From NCBI GenBank assembly GCA_903813345.2, contig CAIIXF020000001.1:28148001-28212000 (forward strand): a stretch of 64,000 nucleotides of DNA, given 5' to 3'. Position 1 is the first letter of the stretch. Every line of letters begins with the position of its first letter. A program made the position numbers and the translations under genes. This document shows, in pieces, positions 48,161-63,300 of the stretch. The notes under the pieces are model-generated. The model worked only from the letters and a program-made list of their open reading frames with translations, did no database searches and was not told where the DNA came from. This DNA comes from Owenia fusiformis. Taxonomy: Eukaryota.

Positions 48161-49021
48161 TATGTCACCACCAAAAAGTGGTGACATATTGTTATGGTCT
48201 CCATTTTTTGTGACGGCAGTTGGTGGTTGGCATCTGTAACAAATTCTTAACTTCCAATTACTTAAATACTTTTAGACTGACTTCAATGTTTTTCAAAATC
48301 ATGTACAAGTTTTCAGAAGTTCAAATTTGACTTTAGGTTCAAGATTTGACCTTCAATGACCTTTTCAAGGTCAAAAAAGGTTTATGATTGGCGGGTGGTG
48401 TCTGTAACAAATTCTTACAACTTCCAATTACTTAACAAATACTGTTTAGACTGACTTCAATTTTTTTCAAAATCATCTGCAAGTTTTCAGAAGTTCAAAG
48501 CTGATTTCAAATTGAATACCTCTTTTTCAAAATCATCTATGTGTTATCAGAAGTTCAAATCTGACTTTAGATCTAAATCATTACAACTTCTCAGAAATTC
48601 AAATCTGACTTTATATTTGAGATTTGACCTTCAATGACTCAGGTAACTCAGGTTAAAAAGGTCAAAAAGGTCTTTAGATTAAAAAGGGTCAAAAGGTCTT
48701 TTTTCAACTTGCTTCAAATTGATTTAAATGTTTTCTTCAAAGTCATCTACGAGTTCCCAGAAGTTCAAATCTGACTATAGATTTGAACTTCAATGACCTT
48801 CTCAAAAAAGGTCTAAAAGGTATTTTTTCAATTGGCTTAATTTTTTCCAAAATCATCTACAAGTTTTCAGAAATTCAAGTCTGACTTTAGATACGAGACT
48901 TGACCTGGTAAAAAAGGTCTTTAGGTGAAAAAAGGTCAAAAAGGTATTTTTCAACTTGCTTCAAGTTGATTAAATTTTCTAGGTGGAGGTGCAGTACATT
49001 TTGTCATGTTAATGCCTTGTT
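48161..49021 (+). mobile_element. Older HINE/Helentron-associated element with degenerate internal repeats
   Basis: 5' TATGTCACCACC...GTGGTGACATA hairpin; repeated TTTGACCTTCAATGAC, AAGGTCAAA and CAAAATCATCTAC modules; eroded 3' end finishing GCCTTGTT. Confidence 0.65.
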
Positions 49022-50889
49022 ACATTCTGGTTACATTCTGGGCTCAGGTCAACCCCGTACTATAATGTAAGACATTTTAAAGGGCTTCTTTAGACTTATT
49101 TGGAGGAGGGGGTCCAGAGCCTGTCTTTCTGTCCACCAACATATTAGTCAGTTAGTGTTACATGAAAAATACTCTTTAAAATGGGATATATAGTCTTCGA
49201 TTGGTCAATAAGTGTTGTCTCAAAAGCTTACCAGGTCTAAATGGCAATCATTTTTGCCTTTTTATCATTATCTGTATTCCATCAAACTTTATAAAAACAA
49301 ATATTATTTTTATGGTAAAAATCTAGTAAATATTGCATCAATTTGCTTCACATTGTACAGGTCAAGCTCAGTTATTAAGTTGTTATCAAGTCAACAATAT
49401 TGCTATTCTTGCAATTCCAAAATGGCTGCCAATTTGGAGAGCACCTTTTCTGTGAGACAATTGTCAATTATGCTTTTTGATACATTTAAATGCTATGCAA
49501 TCCAAAGACACAATATATACAAATGGTTGAAAAAGTAGTGCCTTAGAGCTTGGCCTCTTGCTATCTTATTAAATATTCTAATCTATATTCTAAAATACCA
49601 TTACATCTAATAAATGAACTGTCATATTTTATTATCTGTTAATAAAGACCAATTTCAAATAAATTATTCCTGGAGAATATCATGTGGGTGACTCAGATAC
49701 AATAATTCCTCTTTGTACGATTTGAATATTCAGATTTAATTTAAGCCATAAATTCTAGGATCGATAAGTTGACGTTAGTGGAATTTTAGAATATGACATT
49801 TTCTGAGTAGAATACCAATGTGTAATATGAGTGTCAAAACAGATTGATTGTTGTACAGTATACTCTAATATATTAACAGGTTTTCTTTCTCATAGGCTAA
49901 TTGCATTATTGTTCTGTTTTAAGATTTTGTTCTTCATCCTGTATTGTTTACATTGTGTTGAAAAGTTTGAGGCCATTTATTCTGTCATTTGAAAATTGTT
50001 TACGTAGCAATTTGTTTTTCCAACATCTCACTCTCCCTCCCACACTGTATATCAGGTACAATATTGTGTAGAATTTAGATCAAGGTAATACATTGTAGTG
50101 CAATTAATGTTTTGTTGCTTCCCTATGATAGTTTTCACAAAAAAATGTTTTGAGAATAATTCATGATCATTTAGTTAGAGGGCAACTTGGTACATATCTT
50201 GGTTTCAGCATTTCAAACTGAAGCAAAAGGAGATATTAAAATACAAAAATTCTCAGAAAATGAGGTCAGTTAATCACTTTTGCTAGAAATATAGAAATGC
50301 ATAAACTTTTTATCAGATATGCCAACTTAAAACTTCACCTTCAGTGGTATTCAACATATACCATTATGATAAGCCACTGATAGCTTATCAATTGCCTCTG
50401 CAACTCTAAAATTCTTATAGAAATGAAATCCATAATTTTCCTTGCATACATTTTGTAAGATTCAATGCTAGATGTTCCAGTGCCTCATGGCCCTCACCCA
50501 CATATCTTTTTCAATGTGTGCAAATGGATATTCAAATGGTTGAAATGTAATATCCAGATTTTCAACTGGGTGGTATATTTGGCAGAATATACTAAAGCCA
50601 TTCAAAGTTAATTAATTATTTATTATTCTGTTAAGGGTGGGGTAGGAAATTCCCCCTCCCTTATAATGAAGGGGCCCATAACACAAGTTAATTTTGCATA
50701 GTATCTTTCCATTTTTAGTCCAAGAGTATTTTTGTACATCATCAACAGTTTCTCAGCAAAATATGAAACTATTTCACATTTTCTAGCTTTTAAGGAAGAC
50801 CTTTTAACACTTGGTCAAATATGAAAATTCAGATTTCACATATAGATGGCAGCCAATACCATTACAGTGAATATTATTATATTATAGTA

Positions 50890-51310
50890 TTATATGAACA
50901 CCTCCATCTCCTTATTATGCAAACACTTTATGAATATAGGAACACTCATATGTGAACACTTTATAAGTATATGTGAATGTTTTGTAAATACAGTAAAATC
51001 TATGTAAGTGGAACACCTTTGGTACTTCTTAAAAGTGTTCCACTTGGGAGATCTTCCTCTTATAAAAGTACATTTAACATTTAAGTGTTAGTTTTTGGGC
51101 GATAAAGTGTTCCACTAACAGATATGTTTCACTTTACAGGTTTCAATGTATATGTGAATACTATCTAAATGAATATATGTGAACACATTATAAACTTATG
51201 TGAACACTTTGAAAGTATATGTGAACACTTTGAAAGTATATGTGAATGCTTTGTAAATATGTGAAAATACTATGTAATATATGTGAAAACTTTGTAAATA
51301 TCTGTGTATG
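50890..51310. repeat. ~21-bp minisatellite (TATATGTGAACACTTTGAAAG) interrupted by a MITE
   Basis: Repeated ATATGTGAACACTTT motif on both sides of 50991-51148. Confidence 0.75.
50991..51148. mobile_element. pogo/Tigger-like MITE
   Basis: TA|CAGTAAAATC...GGTTTCAATG|TA; same family as 31475-32183. Confidence 0.75.
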
Positions 51311-51395
51311 TTTTATACTGTACATGTATATCTGAAATATATGATTGAATAAATGTTTTGGAAGAACATTTTAAAATGTGTACACTAGGACAAAC

Positions 51396-51623
51396 GAGGA
51401 GGGAAAAACCCATGATTCAATTGATGACATACGATTTCCTCCTTTGTGCACCTCCTTTCCCGGAAGTACTTACCCTCCATCTTGGTTTTCAAAGTTTTTA
51501 AATTGACCTAGTTTTAAACCAATCAACGATCGACTCGCTAAACCAATCAGCGAAGATGTCATCTCAATACAGATTTACATTATAAGCGTATGTCATCTTT
51601 GAACCCTGGGGTTTCTCCCCCTC
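51396..51623. mobile_element. Short TIR element (unclassified)
   Basis: GAGGAGGGAAAAACCCATGATTCAATTGATGACATACG versus CGTATGTCATCTTTGAACCCTGGGGTTTCTCCCCCTC. Confidence 0.5.
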
Positions 51624-51649
51624 TTCTAGGATAAGTTAGTATTGTTAGT

Positions 51650-52257
51650 ACCTCAGTGTAAATACTCGCATCTGATTGGTCAATTAGCAGTCAACATTTT
51701 TGCCTGTACCTCACTTGTGCATCATGGGATATCATATTATTGACCGCGTATGTTACTGTACTACACTTGTGAATTATGGGGAATATGACGTCACAATGTT
51801 TACAGAAAAAACATGGTAGGCGGACATTTTGTAAACGTTGATGAAAGTGATATTTTGACTTTTCTACACGACGAGTATAGCAAAAATACAAATAGAAACG
51901 CAAAATTAACATTAATTTTCTCAGTGAGTACGCAGATGTGCCGAAAACAGAGAGTTTAGCTTCCACTGTCTTCAGATTTGCTTAAAAAATTATTGCTGGC
52001 GTGGTTCGGAGAAAAGATTCTGAAATGAAGCCATGATTGATGACTGTCGTATATATGAGTATTATTAGTTTCTTCTGACTAACAAAACAATTGTAGACCT
52101 CTCCATTTGGTCAACCGTTAAAATCATATACCTCGACTGTAAACCTTGAAACAACTGTTGACCTCGACCTTCGGTCTCTGTCAACAGTAGTTTCTCGGTT
52201 TACAGTCTCGGTATACAATTTTGCCGGTTGACCTCTGGAGAGGTCAACAATTGTATA
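51650..52257. mobile_element. Palindrome-ended non-autonomous element (Crypton-like architecture)
   Basis: Begins with ATACTC...CTGATTGGTCAAT and ends in a 170-bp palindrome (52087-52257) centred on GACCTTCGGTC. Confidence 0.5.
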
Positions 52258-55200
52258 CTGTACAATTACTGTATGTAATCAAGCCTAGGCTGAAGATGTT
52301 TTCGAATGTAAATCCCATTTCAATATTTTAAGTTTACATATTAGTAGGATTTTTTTCATAACTTCCTCACCTCAGTCTAATAATACATTCTTTGTTGGTT
52401 CATCCAAGTCAACAATAATTGACCACTCCTAATCATGATCACTGATAAAATACTGTTGACTGCTACTGGAGTACTGTTGACCTCTAATTATGGCATATTT
52501 ACAAAATTATGTTAAGTTTGGACTTGCTAATACATCATTGTAGCATGTTGTAATACAAGAGAATGATTGATTCCATTTTAGCAGTGGGCATCTCAGTTGG
52601 ATTTGCTTTGAGACTGTCATGTAGACATCTTTTTCAGTCAATCCAAATTTAAATAACTAGTGATCGTGTTATTTTCAAACAGTGGATAAGGTAATACATG
52701 TACAGTAGATGAAATAATATCAAGAATGCCATATCAAACTGATAACGTGTGGGTGTGGGGTCATGAAACAGAGTTCCAATCTTCAAACTTACAATGCAGT
52801 TTTTGACCTCTCTTTTGGCTCAGCTGAAAAATTGTACCCAACCATTAACTTTTGTAAGTACTGTTGACCTCTACCTTTATTTTAGTCTCAGTCCACAGAT
52901 TGTTCAAAGTTTGCGGTTGAGGTATTCCAATTTATAAATTGATGTCTACAATTGTAAACAGTGTACCTTGCAGTCTACAATTTTGTCAAAACTTACCTGT
53001 ATGAGTTGTACACTTGGAAGTAGAAAACAATTGTTGACCTCTTCATCCAGTCAGCTTGGCAAATTGGGCATCATCTCCAGACAAAACAATACATTGGGCA
53101 CAATAATCAAAGCTATTGACCTCTCTTTAACCTATCAGAATCAAGTATTTAAACTAAAGTACTGTATAGGAAATAAGTTGCTCTTTCAACTTTGGTAAAT
53201 ATGAATTTAGCCTGCCATCTATATGGTATTTCATGCATTATCTGTGGGTAATCACTTCGTGGATGTTTTCAGTTGGGGCGAATATGTATTTTTCATATTC
53301 TGAAAATGTCAACATTCCTCCATTGAATTCTGGGTTCACACATGGGCTTTCAATTTCTAGTTGAAAGCCCATGGTTCACACTACCATTAAACTGGTAATA
53401 TATTAAGCATTTCTTGAGCGCTCAAAATTGGAACTGTGATTATCATTAAACATGTATTGGACCAAATAGAGATACTTTTATATTTTCAGTAAATTACCAA
53501 AAGGTCTCTGATTCTTTTTCTATGTTATGATTTCCATAGTTACGGAGCTGATCATCTATTCAAAAGTGCTCCCATTTCTTTAACTTGGAGTCTCTCAATG
53601 GCATTTTCAAAGATAATTTGTAAAATACCTTGGAATCTGATTGAGATATTACTGAGTTATTAACTAAGAAATATTTTAAAGTAACTAAAGAATAAAGAAT
53701 CAGAACTTTCTCAAAGTTTATGGATTGTCCCTTGTATGACCTTCACACCCAGCAATGACCATGGGGTGAGAGACTGACAGTTTTTCAAAAGCATAAACAT
53801 TATTTATCTCTTAAATGATAACATATCTCACATATATGCAAGTTCCAGACACATAAGGCCCCCAGAAGATTGTCAAATGTGTTCCTGCCCTGTTTAGTCC
53901 TTGAGAATCTTATGTTTAGGTATGGTTTTTCTAATTAATTTATCAATGGCAGTACATGAACTTTTAAATGGCAGTCACTTAAATAAATATTAATACGTTT
54001 TTGATTGAGGAATTTTAACAGTAAACTATTTGGTTACTTGTATAACAGGATTTGAGAGGTTGCTGGTTTTCAAGGGGAATGTATCAGGATCTTGGTGTTT
54101 TTAATTAATTAATCAGATAATCTGCTCGTTTTCATACATAAAAGGGATTGTCAGTGGGGCCCCAAGAAGCTCCATTTTGGCCAGATCAACCTAAGGAATG
54201 GGAAACATGGGAAGGAGTGTATCATATTTCATTACTCTTGGGCCTCTATAAATGCCTATGCTATACTGCATGGATGTTGTGTGACCCATCATTGATTTGA
54301 AAATTGACACTTTAAATGTAAGGTTTAATGGCTCTGAAAAAGGATATGAGGTTTTAAAAATAAATATGGCTCATAAAATATAAGTTATAAGCGCTTAAAA
54401 TATCTTATGTATAAGGGTGCTAAAACATTAAACATTACATTTCAAACTTAACCCTTCCTACTCCATATATAACCAACACTTCATGAATAAATGAACAAAA
54501 CAAAATATGTAGATTTTTATAATTTTATATAACACACATTCACACGATATCACTGCAAATCAACAGGTCACAACATAGAACATTAAGAATTTCTCCAACA
54601 ATATGTTTATCTCCATTGATTTATATAATTAAAAATAGTATTGTCACACTTAAATTTTCAACGTCCAGAAAATAGCATATACAATCATATATATGATTCA
54701 ACGATTATTTAGTTCACGTCATAATCAATTGTATTGATGGAGATCTAGAGCTAAACTTGACATATATTTATTTAATTTCGATCAACATATTAAAAAAAGT
54801 AATTTCAATTGTTGAAACAGTTGTCATAAACTGGCTATATTATAACACATAATTGCATTTTAAAACCAAGCTGTTTAGCTACCTGTATAGATGCGGTAGA
54901 ATTTATGCCATTGAACTCATGTTTTAATCATGTATTTTAAATAAGTATCATAAAATGAATAGCAGTACTCGAAAAATATAAATCAACATTGTAAGTTTAA
55001 TAAGCTATTTAAAATGACATGTGAACTTCTCTTGAATACCAATTTAGACAATATTACATAAATATTTCATATGTAGTTTTGGCATTTAAATAAAACACAA
55101 TGCTAAACCATTAATTCATAATTCATTAATGTTAACAATGAATAACTGTATGATGTTGCTATATGATGAAATATTTTATACCAACATATGCGCTGTATTT

Positions 55201-58200
55201 TACACTGAAATAATAGCAATATTGCTCATCGTTCAACTATAAAGGTATTCAAGAGATGCAAACAATATTTTACACTGACCTTGCATCAAGAATCTATTTC
55301 CCCCTCTCTCCCTATTTTCTCTATAAAATTGGGCGTGCAAAAAGAAAAGGAGGGGGGCTAGAGACTACTTTTACACTTCAGTCATTTTTCATTTTGGTAC
55401 ACTGCAGTTAATTTAATCATGACTTAATAATATAATAAGATGTGGTTTTTATACATTAAAGTTCCCATATTGCTTAGTTTCTCCATTGAATTTGGCAATA
55501 AAAAGCATGATAGCCATGGTATACAGGTGTAAAATGATTTCAATTTGACAAATCATCACAACTGGATTATCATTCATTCATATGGATGATTTAAATAGCT
55601 TTAATATACACAGGTAAAATGTAAATGTTGAAATTGCACTTCACTAATTAAAATCCATATACATTTTAACACATGTCACACTGAAGGTCAGCAAATGTCA
55701 TTTTAGGACAAAATGTGTTAAATTATAAATATCATTAATTAAAAATGGTCAACTGCGTTTATAACAAATGTATTGTGCATAATTAAAAAGAATTTAATCA
55801 TGAAATATCTTGGCGAGTTAATTAAGTTTAAGTTTGCTCACAAACTGTCCCAACTTTAAAATATAAGCTGACGTATGAATTTCATGTATGAATTTCACAC
55901 TCAGATTTGACAGGTGTGTTCATGGGTAACTTTAATTGTTCTTAATTAACCCCCGTGGGGATAACTCTTTCACTCTCAAACACACTGTAATAAATATGTC
56001 ACAAAACATATGGCAAATTCTAATAGGCTTTTGATTGGTAGCTACCATTGCACAACATATTGTTCATTCTCTTTGTTTTAACAAGGTATTGCATGACAGG
56101 TCTTACATTCAAGACATCTGACCAATTTCTTTGTTTGCTTGAGGTGTAATAATTTAATTCATTCCAGGTGAAGTCTAATTAATTAATTAATTCACCTGGT
56201 GACATAATTAAATTGAAACAAATTCCAAAATGACAATATTCACTATATAGTTTGTACATATACACCACAATATTGTTAAATGATCTCTCTGATGTCTTAA
56301 ATGTTTATATTACAATTTTATAATGTCATGTTCAAAAACTACAAACAATAAGTTTGATTTTTTACAACATATTCTAGAATACATGAAAGTGAATATAATA
56401 TGATTGAAATGAAGTTTAACATGCATCAACAGTTACAAAATACATATTGATCAATTTATGTGAAAACAATATGATAATTTGGTAGATATTACGCTGTACA
56501 CAAATACATGCAATCCATTGTATTTCTATTCGAAATAATGCTCATTTTCACAATTAGTCATCACATGAGGATATTGACACATCCATTATGCATGGATTTT
56601 TTTTATTTCAATTTCATTTCAATTTCAACAGAGATGATTTATTTTATGTTGCTTAAAACAAACCCGTATGTTCAGGCTTTATTAGTTCAGATACTTAAAT
56701 GTGGTATTTCAATGAAATTAATTTCATATTGTAATTGAACTTTATATTGCAGATCATATAAAGGCGGTATATAAAACATATATCTATGTATTGTATGTAT
56801 ATTGTATATTTATGATATATGATTTCCTTACGAGCAAGAATTACAAAACATAAGAAGGCATATAAAAATTTAAAGTGTTTAAACCGGAAATTAAATTTCA
56901 GTTGCCATAGCATTGCTTAAAAACAACAGAGAAGACTAACAATGAAAAGCCCAACCCAACATGATGTAGGCTAGACCATTACTTTAGTACAAATATAACA
57001 GAGACATAACTTATCAATTTTTCATAAAATTGGACTGTTATGAGGACGTCAATGGAATTAATGGGTTTCATTAAATTCGATAACAGTTCAACAATAGGTA
57101 CATGTGTCAATTCAACTAAGCCATGATGTGTACCTCGATAGTTCTCCTAATTGTAACATTGTCTCAATCAGCCTCAGGAATACAGAATAACACATGACCA
57201 TTGTCCATTAGCGAGCACTAATTTCATTTGAATTTTAAAACAATAGCGATAATCAAATTAGTGAATGTCGAAGGCGAATAGCTCGTTAAACCACATGAAT
57301 ACCTTACATTGGCAATATGACATTTCTATGGGGATATACAATTAGAAAACTCACAATTAATGTAATTAACATGAGTTGGTTGTTGTCACATTCATACGAG
57401 GCTCAATTCCAATGCAGCCTTCTGATGTCAGTTTCAAAAATATTCATATCACTCAAAAATTCATATGAAGCCAAGTAAAAAATCGATCGGATTTTCCGTA
57501 TATCAAAAATGAATGTGACTCGTTTAAATTCCTTCTATAAGCCCTGGCACTGGAATTGTCTGTGATAATTATGAAGATATTGGAGAATTAAATCCATGAG
57601 CCATTCCATATAAAACAATTATCATTGAAACGCAATATTTTACTAGCTAATGCACTATGGATAGAATAACGGATGGATGATAATTAGATTGAAACATGTA
57701 CCACAGGCAGAGCTGCATTTAAGTGCTATCACATGACCTTTCCATCAAATAAACATGTTTGTATGTATATATCGCTAGCATAACATTTCTAAAATTGTAA
57801 TTTAGATATTGAAGTTTGGTAGGGAGGTGAAGGGTGGAAGTTCATATCCAAATAAGGAATGCTGAAATTGAACACCTTAGCAAGCAATTAGACCCAACTG
57901 GAAAACATAGGCAAAGAGCCAGCTTAAAATTAGTTGCTACTTAGCACTGGTAAAATATACTCATCACTACACAAGCTAAATTTGCTAGACAAATTGGCAG
58001 AATTTTTCCCCTTCTCTCCACGATGCCTCCTCAAATTTTTTAATTTATAAAGAACACAGAGCGCTAAGGAAATGAGACCTAATGGTTGCCAAGCAACGTC
58101 CAAGAAGAATGTTATTAACATAAAATCAATTTCAGTAAATCAATTTGATAACTTGCCATAAACTAATTAACATTTGAAATTAATTATCCCGATTGTTTCT

Positions 58201-60353
58201 TGCAGAATTATTGACCAGGTGCAGATGTCAGGCAATTCGAAATCTATTGTGTAATATCCAAACTCGTAATATGACTTCAATAATTTAGATGTAAAATTTG
58301 AGCATTATTTGAAAAGATTGGGATTGGTAGTTGTCTACTGTTGGCAAACACTTGCATTATCATTGATATATGGCAACATAAGTCAACAACATTCTGAGCT
58401 ACATTTCTACTCTTCTTAAAAAGATCATTGCGGTTGTGTCTCTTGAGGATTACATAAAATGAACTCTGAGTATGAACATTCATGAAGTTCATGAGTCTTA
58501 ATCATATCAGAAAATGACCGCTACAGATTTGGATTTCTCATGAAATCCTCGAGAGTTTCAACTCGTATTGATCTTCTTTTGAGAGGGTTGCACTTGTTTT
58601 TTCAGTTCCGTGTTGAGATTTGTATGATGTACAGATTTGTATGACGCTTAGACTGAATGAATAATAATCATGTATAATCGTATAATTTATGATAATAATA
58701 TATAATAATAATATGAATATCAAGCGATGGTGGCTTTTCTTAGTTTCTCCTAACTTAAGTTGATGTTTCTTGTTGTTGTGCCTCTTTCAGGTACACTTTA
58801 GTAATATATATTAAATAATATTAATACAAATAAATTAACTACACTTTTTACTACAACTAAACTACATATCGCTGGGATATTTATGTTTTCAACTCCACCT
58901 AAAGTAAACTCCTCTATCCACTGAAGAAATCAGTCAAGTTTAAAAACAAAAAATAATCTATATACATAAGTGCCCAACTTTAACTAACAAGTTGGTATAT
59001 AAATAAGTAGAGTTTACTTTAACTGGAATTGAATAGTTTCTTATATTAATTCGCTGCAAATGCGCAGTACAATATTGAACACTTGCCCGTGTATGTATGT
59101 CTAAATAGATACATTTTACACAGCACCGTTGACTTAGCATTTTTCACATACTATCAAAACTAAAAATGTTTTGCTACAACTATGGTATCAGCATATTTCA
59201 ACCATGAGCGGGTGCCTGATATCATCTGAGATACATCCCTCTTAAACTGGTTATAAAAACAGAAACAAAAAAAGCCATAAAAACAAAGTTGTAATTTTGC
59301 CTTTTTAACTTTAAGTTTTTCTTATGTTAAGAGCAGTTAGAAGGCTTTAATATCTTTCGAGAAAAGGTCAAATTGTAAAATTCTTCTAAAAGTGCTAATT
59401 TATTGTTTTTGCCTGCCATAAGTTGAGCTTGTTTTCAAATTGGAAATTGAAGAATTTCGTTAACCTTTAACAGTTCATTGGCAACAGCATCTTAATTGCA
59501 AGTAAAACTAAAGATGAGATTCGGAGAATAGAGATTCTTGGAAGATGATAGGTAAGTGTTTAAATCTGGCACAGACATATAAATGATTGGTACCCAGCTT
59601 GTAGCTACGGCTGAACTTTTAACAACCCCCAATTTGACGCTTCAAACCTATAAATTTTCACTTTCAGCATTTGCCTTACTCAGGAATTTGAAAAGTTCAA
59701 GTGATGGGCTGTTTTAGAAGTCTTCATACACAGGCACATACACATGGTGTAAACTTTACTGATAGCTTCCAAATATTTAGACGAAAAGGTCCTGACTCAT
59801 TTTCCTCTGCTTAGTTTTTACATTGCACATTTCAGTTGTAAATAGTTCAACTGTAAAGGTAGAATCTTCCATTTCTGAAGTCCTATTTCAAAGAGGGATC
59901 AGCTCATAATATTATCTGAAAGACTAGTTTATGACATGATCCCTTTGTATGATTTTAATGCTTTTTGTGAGCAATTAACAAAGTTAGATACTAATATATT
60001 AATTACTCTGTAAAGACTAGAGATTCTGTTCAGCTGAAGTTGAATACATAAATGTTTTTTAAATATGTATTAATATACATAAATATGGCATCTGCATGTC
60101 ATTCACAGTTTTCATGTGTGTAATATACATCTATGTCATTTTAAAATGCAGGCCAAGGGCTCTGATCTCTTTATATTGCAGTCATATACTAATGTATTAA
60201 ATAGTCCATGTCTATATGTATATTGCAGTGTAAGTAAAGTCATGCAAAATGTTAATAAAATATATAAAATATGTCATGAAAATGTAAATATGGATAAATA
60301 TGTGATATATGTTACAGGTGGTGGTGCGTTTTATAGTTACCATGGTGATCTGA

Positions 60354-63300
60354 TTACTCGGTGGGATTGAGAGTAAACGTGACATTCTGACTTTCTGTGA
60401 TTTTCTCCATGACGGGGAGATACACTAGCGATGTGACGAATCTAGCAGCACCATCTGTACCGTCAGGTTTCACCGTGAATGGCTGCATGATGAAGCTGTC
60501 TTGGTTGCCTTGGTTACCTGTTACTTTTGCGTAGCTAACAGGATTACCATTTTCTCCGCTCATAACAACTGCCTCACCTTTGTGTTTAGCCACAATATGG
60601 GCTCGTAATTTCTTGTATCTGTTTGACGAAAAGTCACACTTGTTGCAGTTAAAGCTAGTTGGCTTGGCTGTTATGTCCTTGCCATGTTTGGTGATTTTTA
60701 CTGATTTAGCGTTCGGGTGTGATTCTCGAATATGAAGCTTACATTGCTGTCGAGAGGGAAATCTTTCACTGCAGTGCACACAGCGGAATTTTTTCTTGGA
60801 CATTTTACCCAGTGTCTTGTTCACTATTGCATTGGATTTAGCGATAGCAACATCAATTTGATCATGTTGTCTGGCCATGTGGCGTTGCAGAGAATGACCA
60901 TATCGGAACGATTTGAAGCAATGGTGACAGACGTGCTCTCGATTAAAACCTGGTGGAATCTTGCCGATGTTATGTTTGCGTTGCTCATGAGAATAGATAT
61001 TAGACAGCCATTTTGTTTTATAGTCACACTGTGAACAATTGATAAGTTTTTGTTTGAGGCTGCGGCTGTATTTGCGCTTGAGGAGGTGATAAGATGATTT
61101 GGTGGGTGAGTTAAGTTTTACCTCAGCCTGGTGCTCCTGGATCAGATGAATCTGTAGGGCAAGCATGTTTGGGCAATCTTTCTGGCATTCGCTGCATTTC
61201 TCAACCTTGCTCGAATTACAGTTGACATCAGACTTGCTGTGGATTGCAGCCGACAAGCCACTGTGGTCACGTAATTTATGTGTAAGCAACCATTTTGTGC
61301 TTTTAAAACGGCGCTCACATAAATTACAAGCTTCGGTGTACTCTTCGAAATACTGTTGGCAGACGTCAGCCTCTTTGGCAGGGGGGTCAGAGGTTTCCAT
61401 GGGGGTGCCGCCATTGGGGAGTTTGTCCTCATTGGGGGTCCGTTTGGGGGCAAGCGTGCGACCAGCATTCAGGATCTGTTCTACTTTTGTGTTCACAACA
61501 CCTTGGATATTGCTAGAGACGGAACCAGGGCTGCTGGGTTGAGAGGTGGAGATCAGGTCCTCGTAAATACCGTGCTTGTTGATCTTATGGGTACGTAGGA
61601 AATATTTATTGCACACTTCTTTGTTACAGATATTGCACTTGACTCGAGATGGATTTGAAGGGGTTTCTTTCCACTTCCAGGACGCCACTTCGGATCCAGA
61701 TTCAGATTTGTTGGGGGTCATGGGAGAGGTTGGGGTGGTGGAAGGAGAGGCCTCATTGCTTGGTCTATCCAACTTCATCACCTTGATGCCATGTACATTA
61801 AGCTGATGGGTCTTGAAGAAATACTTGTTGCTGAACTCCTTCTTACACAACTTGCAATAAGACTCCACATCAATTCCCATCTTCTTTAGCTCATGTTGCT
61901 TAGGGCTGCCTTGACTTGGCATCAGCTCCATTTTGATGCCTTCTTCTTTGATGTTGACATTGACAGGATCTTTGACTGATTGGCTCAGCTGCGTCACTGT
62001 GTTTTCAAGAGTGGTGTCCATAGTGGTGCCAGTTGGAGATGCCTCTTCCTTAGACATGTCAATGCCATGTACCTTCTGCTTGTGTGTCTTCAGGAAATAT
62101 TTATTGCAGACCTCCTTGTTACAGAGCTCACACATGACACGATCAGCAATCTTAGCAGCCATCATACTACCGAACATTGTCCCTTGTTGAGATTGCTGGA
62201 GAGCCAGAAGAGGATCAGTCATGGCTTGGTTAACAAGGGGCTCAAGCTTCACAAGGTTGGCAGTTTCTTCAGCGAGGTCTTTGTGAATGACACCGTGCAT
62301 GTTAATCTTGTGGACCTTGAGGCTGTAGAGATTTGTCAGCTCTTTGTTACAGATGTCACAGACAGTTGTCTCACTGTTTTCTGTCTTGCTACCCTCAGCA
62401 GAGACCTTAGTGGAGGACGCCTCTGGTTTATCAGCATCCTTCGATGGACTTGCCTTGGCAGGGGATTCGGGATTGCCACCACCATAACTGCTCTTCTTCT
62501 CTTCACTGTAAATACCATGTTTGTTGGCTTTGTGTACACGCAAGAAATACTTGTTAGTGAACTCTCTGAAACACAGCTCACAGAACGCTTCCTTGTTGAT
62601 ATGGCGAAGTCTCTCAGGCGTGACTTGGACACCTTCAGCACCACTATTGGCAACATTCTTGATATGCGCAATGGAAGCAGAATCACCAGATGAGTTCTCT
62701 TGCTTGGCTTGTTCTTCTGCTTGTTGGATTTGCTTATGCTGCTCAGCAGCCATGGCTTGGGCTTGCTGAGCCTGGGCTAAGACTGCCTGAAGCTGGGCCT
62801 CTTGTATAGCCTGGGCTGCAATCTGGGGAGCCAGGGCATATTGGCCAGGGAGCATACTTTGTTGTTGTTGGATACCAGCCTGGATGAATGCCATAGGGGG
62901 CATGAATGGGTTAATGAACATGACGTTAGACATGTTGGGTACACCACCCATGCTCTCAGCCATAGATGTCATATTAGGCATACTTTGGATTGGTGGTGGT
63001 AAAGAGAGATCTAGTGACTGGTGGGCTGACGTAATATCAGGCTGAGGAGAGGGTATCTTCGTGACTTGGGGTTGAGGCTGTGGAGGGGTGATCAAGGCTT
63101 GATTCTTTGGACTAGGGTCACTAGGAGCAGGTGAGGTAGTTGGGCGAGAAGTTGACTTCTGCTGTTGTTGTTGTTGGGCCTTTTGCTGCTCCCGCTGGCG
63201 CTTACGTTCTTCCACATTCACATTGTGCACATCTTTCATATGCTTTTTGAGGTAGTATTTGTTGCAGAAATGTTTCTGGCAGATGTCACAATAATCTTCC

